In this document: positions 20,029 to 33,431 of the stretch, piece by piece
Layout of the letters: each line of letters starts with the position of its first letter
Position numbering within the stretch: position 1 is the first letter of the stretch
DNA from: Alphaproteobacteria bacterium
GTDB lineage: Bacteria; Pseudomonadota; Alphaproteobacteria; JAAXGF01
Direction of reading: 5' to 3'
Length of the DNA: 64,000 nucleotides
Assembly (NCBI GenBank): GCA_963555825.3
Contig: CAUVXB020000001.1
Span: 2,304,001 to 2,368,000, forward strand
Made by a program: the position numbers and the translations under genes
The notes under the pieces: generated by a model
What the model was told of the DNA's origin: nothing
Database searches by the model: none
Seen by the model: only the letters and a program-made list of their open reading frames with translations

Positions 20029-21012
20029 ATGAGCCAGGACCGGCAGGCGATCGATCGGGCAGACACGGTGACGATCTCCGTCGTCGTGCCGATGTACAAC
20101 GAGGCCGACTGCGTCGATGCGTTCTTCGAACGGCTTTACGCCGCGCTCGACACCGTCGGCGAAAACTTCGAGATCATCTGCGTCGACGACGGTAGTTCGG
20201 ACGACACGGTGGCCCGGCTGATGGCCCACCACGAGCGCGACCCGGCGATTAAGATTCTCGGGCTGTCGCGCACCTTCGGCAAGGATATCGCACTGACCGC
20301 CGGCCTCGACCACGCCGCCGGCGCGGCCACGGTGATCATCGACGCCGACCTGCAGGATCCGCCCGAGCTTATCCCCGCCCTCGTCGCCAAATGGCGCGAA
20401 GGTTTCGACGTGGTCTATGCGACGCGGTCATCGCGCGACAGCGATAGCCTGACCAAGCGGCTGACCGCATCGTGGTTCTATCGCGTGTACAACCGCCTCG
20501 CCGACGTTCCGATCCCGCACGACACCGGCGATTTCCGTCTGCTCGACCGGCGCGTCGTCGAGGCGCTGCGCAGGTTGCCCGAGCGCAGCCGTTTCATGAA
20601 GGGTCTCTATGCCTGGGCGGGGTTCCGCCAGACCGGCGTGCCCTATGTGCGCGAGGCGCGCGGCGGCGGCACCACCAAGTGGGGCTATTGGAGCCTGTGG
20701 AACTTCGCCTGGGACGGCATCACCTCGTTCTCGACCGTGCCGCTCAGGGTGTGGACCTATCTGGGGCTGATCGTCTCGCTCATCGCGCTCGGCTACGCCG
20801 GGTTCCTGGTCATCCGCACGCTGGTCATGGGCATCGACGTCCCCGGCTACGCGTCGCTGATGGTCTCGGTGCTGCTGATCGGCGGCCTCAACCTGTTCAC
20901 GCTCGGCATCATCGGCGAATATCTCGGGCGCACCTATATGGAGGTCAAGGCGCGGCCGATCTATCTGGTCAGGGACACCATCGGTTTCGATGCCGACGCG
21001 CAACGGAAGTAA
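20029..21012 (+). CDS. Family 2 glycosyltransferase, GtrB/bactoprenol glucosyltransferase-like
   Basis: VVVPMYNE, VDDGSSD, DADLQDPPE, TGDFRLLDR, two C-terminal TM helices. Confidence 0.93.
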   Translation: MSQDRQAIDRADTVTISVVVPMYNEADCVDAFFERLYAALDTVGENFEIICVDDGSSDDTVARLMAHHERDPAIKILGLSRTFGKDIALTAGLDHAAGAATVIIDADLQDPPELIPALVAKWREGFDVVYATRSSRDSDSLTKRLTASWFYRVYNRLADVPIPHDTGDFRLLDRRVVEALRRLPERSRFMKGLYAWAGFRQTGVPYVREARGGGTTKWGYWSLWNFAWDGITSFSTVPLRVWTYLGLIVSLIALGYAGFLVIRTLVMGIDVPGYASLMVSVLLIGGLNLFTLGIIGEYLGRTYMEVKARPIYLVRDTIGFDADAQRK

Positions 21013-21015
21013 AGA

Positions 21016-21141
21016 ATGGAGCAACACGTCTCCGTCCGAATGACGGCGCTCGAAGACCGCCATTGGTGGTTCGTCGCGCGCCGGCGCATCCTTGCCGAAG
21101 CCATGACCCACCGCATCGATCTGCCGCAGACGACCCGCTGA
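21016..21141 (+). pseudogene. N-terminal remnant of a class I SAM methyltransferase
   Basis: MEQHVSVRMTALEDRHWWFVARRRIL matches the EDxHWWF N-terminus of methyltransferases often found beside GtrB-like genes; stops after 41 codons. Confidence 0.65.
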
Positions 21142-21160
21142 CTGTCTGGCTACAGTCGGC

Positions 21161-21451
21161 TTAGTCTTCGACGGTGTTCGACCGCGCTGAACTCCGGTGC
21201 ATGCTGACCGCGCCATACGTGGCGACCAGATAAGGCACGACGAAGTTGAGACAGAGTTGCAGCAGGTCCAGGGCGGCGTCGCCGAACAGGCCGTCCCACT
21301 GATTGATCATGTTGAGGATGCTGCCGACCGCCAAGGCGACGAGCAGCGAACGGCGCGGCACGCCATTCGACGTCGCCCGCTGGAGCCAGGAACCTGCCGG
21401 GGTCTCGTCTGCCGCGCCCATCGGTGCCCACCCATCACCCATTTCGCCCAT
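21161..21451 (-). CDS. NrtS-family small membrane protein
   Basis: RRSLLVALAVGSILNMINQWD...NFVVPYLVATYG; start uncertain. Confidence 0.8.
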   Translation of the reverse strand: MGEMGDGWAPMGAADETPAGSWLQRATSNGVPRRSLLVALAVGSILNMINQWDGLFGDAALDLLQLCLNFVVPYLVATYGAVSMHRSSARSNTVED

Positions 21452-21627
21452 CGCCCACCCGCGCGCCCAGGCGCGCGGCGACCCGAACCCGGCCGAACGG
21501 CAATCAGCATAACCAAGTCTATCGAATGCCGGCGCACAAGGCACGCCGAACCGCGCCGGTCTGGCGCGGCCGCGAAACGAGGACATCACGCATAACCGAC
21601 GCAAATACGGCGAAGATGCCGAAAATA

Positions 21628-21818
21628 CGGTGTCAGACACCATAATGTCGTTTTGTTATTACTCAGTTCACCGAGTTCAATTGAACCAGCCATTCCATCG
21701 GTGCGCGGGGTTTTTCGCAGCGAGAATTTCGGCACGGGGCGTCGTCAAGCAGGAAGTATCCAATAAAGTCAACAGCTTGCTTTATTTTGCCAGTCACTTA
21801 TAAAGGTGTCTGACACCG
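21628..21818. repeat. AT-rich unit bounded by inverted GGTGTCWGACACC palindromes (REP/REPIN-like)
   Basis: CGGTGTCAGACACC 21628-21641 and GGTGTCTGACACCG 21805-21818; same motif at 62895-63037. Confidence 0.65.
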
Positions 21819-21867
21819 TTTATGGTATGATTGGTCGTGGCGTGGCGCGCCGCGTCACGGCGGCGGT

Positions 21868-22917
21868 TCAGTCGTCGACGGCGTCGCAGCGGAACATTTC
21901 GATCTCGCCCTTGCCCTTGACCGGGATGCCGCCGAGCGATTCGCCCCGGCAGTGCTCGGTGACCTGTCGCCAGGCGGTTTCGCTGAGCACCACGGCGTCG
22001 CGCCCGGCGTGGCTGCAGACGCGCGCCGCGGTATTGACCGTGTCGCCCCAGAGATCGAAAGAATACTTCCGGCGGCCGATGATGCCGGCGACCACGGGGC
22101 CATGGTGGATGCCGACGCGGACGTGCCAATGGGCCGGCAGCTCCTGCGACGCGGCGACCATGTCGAGGCCGCAGCGCACGCAGGCGAGCACCTCGTCGTC
22201 GACCGGCTCGAGCAGGCCGGCCGTCGCCATGAAAGCGTCGCCGATGGTCTTGATCTTCTCGAGCCCGTGCTTGAAGGCGACCTCCTCGAACGCCTCGACG
22301 AAGGCCTGCAGATGCGAGACCACCGTCTCGGGGTGGTTCTCGTCGCAATACGAGGTGAACGAGACGATGTCGGCGAACAGGACGCCGACGTTTTCGTAGC
22401 GCCTCGGCTTGACGTCGTCGGTCTCCTTCAGTTCCTTGACCGCGGGCAGCGGCAGGATGACGCCCAACAGCTCGTCGGATCGCTTGCGCGCCGCCTCGAT
22501 CTCGCGCAGGTACTCGACCTCGCGGTCGTGCAGACGCTTCTTTTCGAGGCAGGCGCCGATGCGCGCGCGCAGCAGCACCGGGTTGAACGGCTTGGGCAGG
22601 TAGTCCTGGGCGCCGAGCTCGATGCATTTGACGACGCTGTCGATGTCGTCGAGCGCCGAGATCATGATCACCGGGATGTCGCGCAGCGCCTCGTCGCCGT
22701 TGATATGCTCGAGCACCTCATAGCCGTTCATGACCGGCATCATGATATCGAGCAGGACCAGGTCGAACGGCTTCTGGGCCAGCGCCTCGAGCGCCTCGCG
22801 GCCGTCGTTGGCGGTCGTCAGGTTGGTGTAACCCTCGCGCTTGAGCCGGCGCGTCAGCGTGTAGCGGTTGTCTTCGTTGTCGTCGACGACCAGGAGGGCG
22901 GGACCCTCTTCGGTCAT
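21868..22917 (-). CDS. REC-adenylate/guanylate cyclase (class III)
   Basis: REC, then VLFADIVSFT, EKIKTIGDAFM, FDLWGDTVNTAAR; Lys/Asp specificity residues indicate adenylate cyclase. Confidence 0.9.
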   Translation of the reverse strand: MTEEGPALLVVDDNEDNRYTLTRRLKREGYTNLTTANDGREALEALAQKPFDLVLLDIMMPVMNGYEVLEHINGDEALRDIPVIMISALDDIDSVVKCIELGAQDYLPKPFNPVLLRARIGACLEKKRLHDREVEYLREIEAARKRSDELLGVILPLPAVKELKETDDVKPRRYENVGVLFADIVSFTSYCDENHPETVVSHLQAFVEAFEEVAFKHGLEKIKTIGDAFMATAGLLEPVDDEVLACVRCGLDMVAASQELPAHWHVRVGIHHGPVVAGIIGRRKYSFDLWGDTVNTAARVCSHAGRDAVVLSETAWRQVTEHCRGESLGGIPVKGKGEIEMFRCDAVDD

Positions 22918-23292
22918 TCCGCCGGATCTCCGGGCAACAGCGCGGAGATTTTTTTCCAACAGGCGGGCAAGGTCGACCGGCTTGGTGTCGTAGTCGTCGC
23001 AGCCGGCGGCGAAGGCCTTCTCGGCATCGCCGGCCATGGCGTGGGCGGTCAGCGCGATGACCGGGATGTCGCGCGTCTCGGGCGCGGCCTTGAGCTGGCG
23101 CGTCGCCTCCCAGCCGTCGAGCACGGGCAGGCTGAGGTCCATCAGGATGAGCGCCGGCATTTCGGCGGCCGCCATCGCGACGCCCTGCTCGCCATCGTTT
23201 GCGACGATGACCTCGAAGCCTTTGCGCGCGAGCCGTCGCGTCAGCATGTAGACGTTGTCCTCGTTGTCCTCGACATACAGAATTTTGGTCAT
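22914..23292 (-). CDS. Single-domain response regulator (DivK-like); appears fused to the cyclase through an A7 run
   Basis: ILYVEDN, LILMDLSLP, DYDTKP; with A6 instead of A7 it ends LEKISALLPGDPAE* overlapping the next ATG. Confidence 0.8.
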
Positions 23293-23313
23293 CGTATCAC
23301 CAACGCTCGTCGT

Positions 23314-26571
<3,258 letters not shown>

Positions 26572-26905
26572 TATCGAGACCTCGGCCCGATGCGTGACCC
26601 GGCACGCGACACCGCGCGTACCGATCGTTCAGCCCCGAACCGATGGCCAAGATTATGCCTTGGAACGTGCACGACTCCCCCCAACGGCGGCGCACCGACG
26701 ATCAGGCTGCAACGATACACCGGGGCCCGCCGCGCGCAAAATCCCGATGTTGCCATTCGCTCTCGGCACAGGACAACCACTCTACCACGTCTTGGCGGAC
26801 GATCCGTCGCGCGAAAATACGCGAGCCGCGGTGCACTGGGGTCGGAGTTCGGTCCGTTCGCGTCCAGATCGCCCGACCGGGCGATTTTGTCGCGCGGGGC
26901 GCCGT

Positions 26906-27535
26906 TCAGCGCACCGGGTGCTCGGGTCCGCGCCCGCGATAACGGTCGATGAACGCCGCCGCGGCGTCGGCATCGAACGTGTCGAGGCGCAGGATCTTGT
27001 TCCACGCCGCCAGGACGACCGCCTCGCCCAGGCCCGGCTTCGGCGCGACCACGATGCCGCTCCACGGGGCGGCGTAGAGGCCGGCCCAGCGTTCGATCGT
27101 CGCAAACACGCCGGATGGTGGCGAGTCGTAATAAATCACGATCATGCCATGCTCGAGCGAATGAACCAGCTTGGTCCGCGGCTCTATCGTTTGGTAGACG
27201 CCGGGCTCGATCCAGGCCGGGTCGTGAACGCCCGTGGTCGGTGGGTCGCTGAGGTAGCGCACGTTCTGGCCTGGCGCGACGTGCCCACGGCCTTCGTCAA
27301 CCGTCGTGATGACGCGCGCTAGCGCCGCTTGGCCATCGCGGGCGTGATCGAGAAACTGGTCTTCGACCTGGGCATCGCGGTACCAGATGAACGCGACGAC
27401 GGCGACCACGGCAAGGCCCGCCGCGGCGGCGCCGAGGCGCCACCAAAGGCGCCGCGACGATACCTGGGCAGCACTTGCATCTCGTTCGGCGGCCGTCGGT
27501 CGTCTGCGTTGCCGCTTTTTGCGTGATTTTGGCAT
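26906..27535 (-). CDS. DUF3105 domain membrane protein
   Basis: N-terminal TM; H...YLSDPPTTGVH...LVHSLEHG...AW motif. Confidence 0.85.
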   Translation of the reverse strand: MPKSRKKRQRRRPTAAERDASAAQVSSRRLWWRLGAAAAGLAVVAVVAFIWYRDAQVEDQFLDHARDGQAALARVITTVDEGRGHVAPGQNVRYLSDPPTTGVHDPAWIEPGVYQTIEPRTKLVHSLEHGMIVIYYDSPPSGVFATIERWAGLYAAPWSGIVVAPKPGLGEAVVLAAWNKILRLDTFDADAAAAFIDRYRGRGPEHPVR

Positions 27536-27767
27536 GGGATTTTAACTATTTCAATGGGTTACGGGGTTTCATCGAATGTGCCGCCAATCGCTACATGGGG
27601 TCTCGGAATGCTTCTGCCCGATTTTATGTGAATTTGTCATTCGTTCGGGTGATGACGGTTCGCGGAATATGGTCGATGATTATTGGAACAACGGGGATCG
27701 ACCTATCACGCCCCGACGCCGGACCCAACGAATATTCGACGGGCCCGCCTGTGAGGAGACGCGTAAC

Positions 27768-28022
27768 ATGAGTGTCGAAGCCGTAGCTCTCGACTACCAA
27801 CATAGGCCGGTGGAGGCCTCGGGACACCCCCTGGATGACCGTGAGATCGCCGATCGAACGCGGCGCGCCCTCACCGAGCTTCAGGACGCCCTCGACGCGG
27901 CGGTTCTGGCCGGCCTGATCGTCGAGCCCAGTTTCACGCGCATCGAAAATCGGCTGACCCAGTGCGGCGCGCGCATCGATTCATTCGTCGCCAGGGTCCA
28001 TGTCCTGCGCCGCTTGACCTGA
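27768..28022 (+). CDS. Small hypothetical protein, paralog of 28283-28543
   Basis: GAGGAG RBS; shares AVLAGxIVEPxFxRIENRLTQCGxRIDSFV. Confidence 0.7.
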   Translation: MSVEAVALDYQHRPVEASGHPLDDREIADRTRRALTELQDALDAAVLAGLIVEPSFTRIENRLTQCGARIDSFVARVHVLRRLT

Positions 28023-28282
28023 AACGGGGGGTACGCCCCCTTCACTTCGTCTCATTCCCCCGCCCAACACCAAGCATAACTGCTCCTTGAGATGAAACGA
28101 TGTGACGCCGGGTCCGGCGTTGCGCGGCGTTTCACGTCGATGGATCGGCCGATTCATCAATCTGCCGATTCGTCATCCAAACGGATGATGACGGTCGAAT
28201 GAAATTCGCCAATACTCACGCCAACATCGAGCAACGCGGATCACCGCGGCTGGTAACAAGTTCAAGAGAGGATTACAGCGCC

Positions 28283-28543
28283 ATGGCCAAGTCGAATTCG
28301 AACGCGATACCGCTCCACGAGGTCACCGAGGCCGATTATCGTGTCGGGTACCAGGACGATCGCGACATCGCCAACCGCATTCTGTCCGCCATGACCGAGG
28401 TCCAGGAAGCGATGGACCGGGCAGTCCTCGCCGGCATTATCGTCGAACCCAATTTCGCGCGCATCGAAAACCGGCTGACCCAATGCGGCGTGCGCATCGA
28501 TTCGTTCGTTTGCAAGATCGGCCTTTACCGCAAGCTCGCCTGA
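28283..28543 (+). CDS. Small hypothetical protein, paralog of 27768-28022
   Basis: GAGGA RBS; same conserved motif. Confidence 0.7.
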   Translation: MAKSNSNAIPLHEVTEADYRVGYQDDRDIANRILSAMTEVQEAMDRAVLAGIIVEPNFARIENRLTQCGVRIDSFVCKIGLYRKLA

Positions 28544-28575
28544 GCGGCGGATACTGGCCCACACCGGAAATAGCC

Positions 28576-29172
28576 ATGCTTCGGATCGCACCATACCGCG
28601 CCCTCGCGGCGCTGACATTCGCGGGCTTCATGCTTGTGGCCGCGGGCGGCGATGTCGTCTCGCGCGCCCATGCCGCCAAGAAGCTGCCGCCAAGCGCCGA
28701 GCCGATGTATCTGTCGGCGTTCGCCAGCGTCATCACCGGTCGTCCTGACGACGCCGTCGAGCCGCTCAGCCATTTGGCGTCGGTCGATCCGACCATGGCC
28801 GATGTCCACAATGCGCTGGCGCTCGCCATCTTCACGGCGCGCCCGGACCAACATCAGCGTGCCTTCGTGCATGCGATGCGCGCGGTAGCGCTCGATCCCG
28901 ACGTACCGCAGTTTATCGTGACCCACGTGTTGACCGATCGCCGCAACTGGCTGATCGAGGCCGACGGCACTGCCCGGTTGACGCGCGTCGCGGCGCTGAT
29001 GCTGCGCGCCGCGGCGACCGTGCTCAAGACGGCGGACGAGCACGGGCGCGACCTCGGCCAGATCCTGATAACGATCGAGGCATCGCAGTCCAATCCCGAT
29101 TTCCCTTACCTGCTGCCCGGCTACGCGACACTCGTCGCCAATCCCAGGCTCGCGTTCACCCAACCGAACTAG
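28576..29172 (+). CDS. Hypothetical secreted protein with TPR-like segment
   Basis: Signal peptide (SRAHA); DPTMADVHNALA...AVALDP. Confidence 0.55.
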   Translation: MLRIAPYRALAALTFAGFMLVAAGGDVVSRAHAAKKLPPSAEPMYLSAFASVITGRPDDAVEPLSHLASVDPTMADVHNALALAIFTARPDQHQRAFVHAMRAVALDPDVPQFIVTHVLTDRRNWLIEADGTARLTRVAALMLRAAATVLKTADEHGRDLGQILITIEASQSNPDFPYLLPGYATLVANPRLAFTQPN

Positions 29173-29325
29173 GCGTCATTCACGACCGAGCAGACGATGA
29201 TCGTTCGCGCCGTCACCATTATGCGCGGACATTTCAGACGAAGCCGCGTCTCCGCGCTGGCTTTCGCGCGCCGGTTGGAGCAGCATCCCTGTAACCGAAC
29301 AACGCCGTAGAAGCCGGGAGCGTCG

Positions 29326-30462
29326 ATGTCGTCCATCGATTGGAACGCCTATCGTGACCGGTTCCCCGCCGTCCGGCGCTGGACCTATCTCAATACCGCG
29401 GGCGGCGGCGCCGTATCCGACGCGGTGGCCGAGGCCGGCAAGCAGTATTTCGACGATTTCCATCAGGACGGCGACACCCATTGGCCCGATTGGCGCGCGC
29501 GGGCCGAGGCGATCCGGGCGCTCGCCGCCGCCACGCTCAACGCGGAGCCGCGCGAGATCGCCTTCGTGCCGACCGCCTCGCACGGCCTGAACCTGCTCGC
29601 CCAGATGCTCGGTGGACCCGGCGTCGGCGTCCTCACGGTGGCGCGGGAGTTTCCGTCGGTCACGCTGCCGTGGATCAACCAGGGCTCGCCGGTGACGTTT
29701 CTCGAGCCGGCCGACGATGGCGCCATCGACCTCGACAGCGCGGCGCGCGCCGTGACACCCGAGACCCGGCATCTGGTCATCAGCCACGTCCAGTACCGCA
29801 CCGGCTACCGCCACGACCTCGGCGCGCTTCGTGCCTTCTGTGACGACAACGGATTGACGATGATCGTCGACGCCACTCAGTCGGCCGGCGCCTACCCGCT
29901 CGACGTCGCGCGGCACCGGGTCGATGCGTTGGTTACCAGCGCGTACAAGTGGTTGGGCGCCGGCTACGGCGTCGCCGTGCTCTACCTGCGCGACGGACTA
30001 CGCACGACGCTGGCGCCGCCCGCGGTCGGCTGGCGTAGCGCACGCGTGCCGTACGACATGCTGTACGACAGGCTCGACCTGACCGACGAGGCCGAGGGCT
30101 ACGAGCTCGGCCATCCGCCGATCCCGGGCATCCTGGCGCTCGGCGCGAGCCTCGGCCTGTTGCGCGAGATCGGCATCGAGCGGATCGCCGCGCGAATCGA
30201 CGCGCTCACCAGCGCACTGCACGACCGCGCGGCCGCCAAGGGTATGCGTGTCACGTCGACGACCGTCCCGGCGGCGCGGTCGGGCATCACGATTATCGCG
30301 CTCGACGCCGCCGAGGCGGCCCATGCCGAGCTATTGCGCCGGCGGGTCTTCGTCTCGCGCTACGGCGACAGCCTCCGCGTCTCGCTCCACTTCTATAACG
30401 ACGAGAGCGATGTCGAGCGGTTGATCGATGAGCTGGTGGACATAACCACGCCGGGCGGCTGA
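29326..30462 (+). CDS. Class V PLP-dependent aminotransferase
   Basis: YLNTAGGG, VDATQSAG, SAYKWL, LRVSLHFYN; no desulfurase Cys loop visible. Confidence 0.88.
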   Translation: MSSIDWNAYRDRFPAVRRWTYLNTAGGGAVSDAVAEAGKQYFDDFHQDGDTHWPDWRARAEAIRALAAATLNAEPREIAFVPTASHGLNLLAQMLGGPGVGVLTVAREFPSVTLPWINQGSPVTFLEPADDGAIDLDSAARAVTPETRHLVISHVQYRTGYRHDLGALRAFCDDNGLTMIVDATQSAGAYPLDVARHRVDALVTSAYKWLGAGYGVAVLYLRDGLRTTLAPPAVGWRSARVPYDMLYDRLDLTDEAEGYELGHPPIPGILALGASLGLLREIGIERIAARIDALTSALHDRAAAKGMRVTSTTVPAARSGITIIALDAAEAAHAELLRRRVFVSRYGDSLRVSLHFYNDESDVERLIDELVDITTPGG

Positions 30463-30526
30463 CGCGACGACGAATAAAACCTATCGAGACAGCCCCCGGA
30501 TCGGCTGGGGGCGACCGTGGCTGGCC

Positions 30527-30757
30527 CTATTTGTCCCGCTTGTCGTTCTTGTTCTTTTTGCCGCCACTCCGCGGGCCGTGACGCTCATTGGCCTTGCTCA
30601 CGCATTCATCCTTCTGGCGCGCCCCGGCAAGCTTCTTGCATGCCTTGAGCGCGGCCTTGAGGTCGGCGTCCGAACCGGCGAAAGCAACGCCAGACGGCGC
30701 CGCTATCGGCGCCAGCAGGAAACCGGCGCACAGGAGAATTGCAAATCTCCGCGTCAT
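30527..30757 (-). CDS. Small secreted Lys-rich protein with two Cys
   Basis: GGAGGA RBS, signal peptide. Confidence 0.55.
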   Translation of the reverse strand: MTRRFAILLCAGFLLAPIAAPSGVAFAGSDADLKAALKACKKLAGARQKDECVSKANERHGPRSGGKKNKNDKRDK

Positions 30758-30808
30758 GGGTGTCCTCCGGGCTATCAGTTCCGACCGACGGTCGCGAGGC
30801 ACCGCGGC

Positions 30809-31300
30809 CTACTGGGCCTTCAGCATGACCTGCGCCACCATCGCTCCGATGTAGAGCGCCGCGCCAAAGACCAGATGTGAGGTGAAGTTCTGTATGCGGA
30901 TCGTGCCGCGGTTGGGCAACTTCAGAGCGCCGATTCCGAAGCCCAGTGCGGGCTGCAAGACGAGCCAGGGGAAGACCAGAGTGACCAGGCCGAAAACCAG
31001 GCCGTTGGCGATGTTGGGCTGGCTCGCCAGCGGTCCGTAGACGATGATCAGATAGACGCCGGCGAGGACGATGCCGATGAAATAGTGGAACAACCAGCCG
31101 ATGCCGTCCTCGCCGCCAACGGCGGGCGCGTCGGCGATCGTGTCGTGCAGGAAACGGCCGCGCGGCATCAGCGCGATCCAGCGCCCGACCAGCGCCCAAT
31201 TGGTCCGCGCCAGCCCCGAGACCATGCGGATCAGCTGCTGGTAGATATCCATGACGGTCGTCGCGACCACGCCGACGATTACGATCTCGATTGCCGACAT
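30809..31300 (-). CDS. DUF2938 family membrane protein
   Basis: GVVATTVMD, WALVGRW, GWLFHYFIG, QPALGFG, SHLVFG. Confidence 0.85.
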   Translation of the reverse strand: MSAIEIVIVGVVATTVMDIYQQLIRMVSGLARTNWALVGRWIALMPRGRFLHDTIADAPAVGGEDGIGWLFHYFIGIVLAGVYLIIVYGPLASQPNIANGLVFGLVTLVFPWLVLQPALGFGIGALKLPNRGTIRIQNFTSHLVFGAALYIGAMVAQVMLKAQ

Positions 31301-31478
31301 CGCGGTGTCCCCCCGCTCGTTCGTTCCGCGCCGCTCGCCCCCGGCGCGCCCGATTGATCTTCGAGGCCGAGCCTACCACGAGACGCCGCCCAGCCGAACC
31401 CTCTTCGACGGCAGATGCGTCGGGGTGGCGCCCAGGCGAGCAAGGGTTGTGTACCCGGCGGAACCAATGCGCCCGGGC

Positions 31479-32870
31479 CTAACGCCGGAGCAGTTCGGCC
31501 AGACGGTCGAGGTGGCGCCAGTCGCGCAGCTGGCCGATCGCCGCGCTGAAATGGCCCTGGCGGCGGATGAACAGGTTCGTCTCGGGCACGCCCCAGCGCG
31601 CGAACAGCGCCCGGCCCAGCGCGAACGGCGTCACCGTGTCCGCCGTGCCGAGCACGGCGACGATGTTTTCCGGAGCCACCGCCGGCGCGCCGACCGGGTC
31701 GATGACGACGCGCCAGCGCGCCATCGCCTCGATCGTCCAGCCTGCGGCGCCGAGCGCGTCGGGCAGGCCCAGCGCGCGGCTCAGCGAGCCGTGGAAGGCG
31801 ACATCTTCCATGCGGTCGCACGATGTCACCGGCGCCAACGCGTCGGGGCGCATCGCCGCCGGCCAGTCGCGCGCCCGGACGCCGGCCATCTGGCTGACCA
31901 GCGCACCGAGGCTGACGCCGCCGAGCGCCACCGGCCCGGCGCTCGAACGCCGGCACCAGGCGATCGCCACCGCGGCCTCGCGCACCTGCGCCGAGAGCAG
32001 TTCGAGCGTCGAGGCCGGCGCGCCGGCCAGAAACCGCTCGCCGCCATAACTACCGGGCGGCGTTCGGCGGCCGTGCCACGGCGCCTCGAAGCGCAGCAGG
32101 CGCACGCCGCGCCGGCCCAGCGGCACGAGTTCGTCGTGACAGCCGCGCCACTGCTCGGCCTCGACGCCGAGGCCATGGCAGAAGATCAGCGTCGGCGGAT
32201 CGGCGGCGCCATCGGGTTCGAAGACGCGCGCGTGAACGGTGTCGCCCATGACGTCCGACGGCGCGGCGAAGCGGAGCCAATATTCGTGGCCGCCATCGAC
32301 CGGCACGCGCCGCGACTCATCGATCGCTGGCATGTCCGGGGCGGCGTAGGCCACACCGGGGTCGTCGAGCAGCGCGCCATAACGGGCCGCCATCGCCTCG
32401 GGGTCGAGCACGTCGTAACGGACCGCGGGAACCGGGCAGCGTCTCAGCAGAAAGCCGAACATGGCGCGCGACGCCATGTAGCGATGGGCCGCCTCGCGGC
32501 GCGCGCTGTCGGCCGCGGCGAGATCGTCGGACGCAGAACCGAACGCGGCGTCCTGCCAACGCCGGTCGGCCTCGAACGCGGCGGCGCGGTACCGCGCGAC
32601 ATCGGCGAGCGGTTGGTGGAGGCGTTCGCCCAAGGCCGGCGTCAGGCCGGCGAGCGGCACCGCTTCGGCGAAACGCTCGACCGAGCCCTCGGCAATCCCG
32701 GCGGCGGCCCACAGACGCGACAATGGGAAATAGCGCTTCGACAGGAAGCGCAGCGCGACGCGGTCGAACCAAGGCCGGGCGATCAGCCCGCCGAGCGGCG
32801 AGCGCATCCAGCGTTGGTAATCGCCGATCACGGCCGGGCACGCCGACGCGGCGTGTCGCGATGGGCACAT
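31479..32870 (-). CDS. Alpha/beta hydrolase fold protein
   Basis: FCHGL, APWHGRR, GVSLG nucleophile elbow, GHFS; start uncertain. Confidence 0.75.
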   Translation of the reverse strand: MCPSRHAASACPAVIGDYQRWMRSPLGGLIARPWFDRVALRFLSKRYFPLSRLWAAAGIAEGSVERFAEAVPLAGLTPALGERLHQPLADVARYRAAAFEADRRWQDAAFGSASDDLAAADSARREAAHRYMASRAMFGFLLRRCPVPAVRYDVLDPEAMAARYGALLDDPGVAYAAPDMPAIDESRRVPVDGGHEYWLRFAAPSDVMGDTVHARVFEPDGAADPPTLIFCHGLGVEAEQWRGCHDELVPLGRRGVRLLRFEAPWHGRRTPPGSYGGERFLAGAPASTLELLSAQVREAAVAIAWCRRSSAGPVALGGVSLGALVSQMAGVRARDWPAAMRPDALAPVTSCDRMEDVAFHGSLSRALGLPDALGAAGWTIEAMARWRVVIDPVGAPAVAPENIVAVLGTADTVTPFALGRALFARWGVPETNLFIRRQGHFSAAIGQLRDWRHLDRLAELLRR

Positions 32871-32873
32871 TGA

Positions 32874-33038
32874 GCACAATCCGATCGACCTTGATCGGTC
32901 GGATTATGCCAGCCTGCGCCAATCTTATACCAACAAGAGGGGGGCCGCCGACCGTTCGGCCACCCTTGATCCCATAAGATTGGCATGCGCGGCGATTGAG
33001 CGCAGGTCAGCTTCACAAAGTGAAGATGACCGCACAAA
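32874..33038. repeat. 165-nt structured intergenic repeat, copy 1
   Basis: Colinear, same-length homolog at 60095-60259; three hairpins. Confidence 0.85.
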
Positions 33039-33042
33039 GAAT

Positions 33043-33375
33043 TTAGTCGAGGAAGAAGTTGGCGGTCTCGTCGGGCAGCGTGACGACCAGTCCGTCGTAG
33101 TCGTCGCACATGACGATCTGGCAACCGAGGCGTGACGTCTGGGTCAGGCCGAAAGCGAGGTCGAGCATATCCTCCTCGTCCTCGCTCGCCTCCGGCAGCT
33201 TGGCAAAGTCGGCGGCATCGACGATGACGTGGCAGGTCGCACAGGCCATCGAGCCCTCGCAGGCGCCCTCGATGCCGATGTCGTTGCGGTTCGCGATCTC
33301 GAGCAGCGACAGGCCGTTCGGCGCGTCGACCTCGCGACGCGTGCCAGCGGCAACGATGAACGTCATCCTCGGCAT
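33043..33375 (-). CDS. fdx: Adrenodoxin-type [2Fe-2S] ferredoxin
   Basis: GACEGSMACATCHV, EEDMLDLA, SRLGCQ. Confidence 0.93.
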   Translation of the reverse strand: MPRMTFIVAAGTRREVDAPNGLSLLEIANRNDIGIEGACEGSMACATCHVIVDAADFAKLPEASEDEEDMLDLAFGLTQTSRLGCQIVMCDDYDGLVVTLPDETANFFLD

Positions 33376-33431
33376 CAAGATGCTCCGTGGGGGAGCGGTG
33401 CGGACCGGTCGATGCGCCGCGGGCGGCGGCG

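Noticed and set aside
21868-23292. Apparent REC-REC-adenylate cyclase fusion (474 aa)
   Set aside because: Depends on an A7 run at 22949-22955; A6 gives a normal REC C-terminus with an ATGA overlap, so it is probably two genes
29326-30462. Third cysteine desulfurase
   Set aside because: No catalytic Cys loop visible; left as a generic class V aminotransferase
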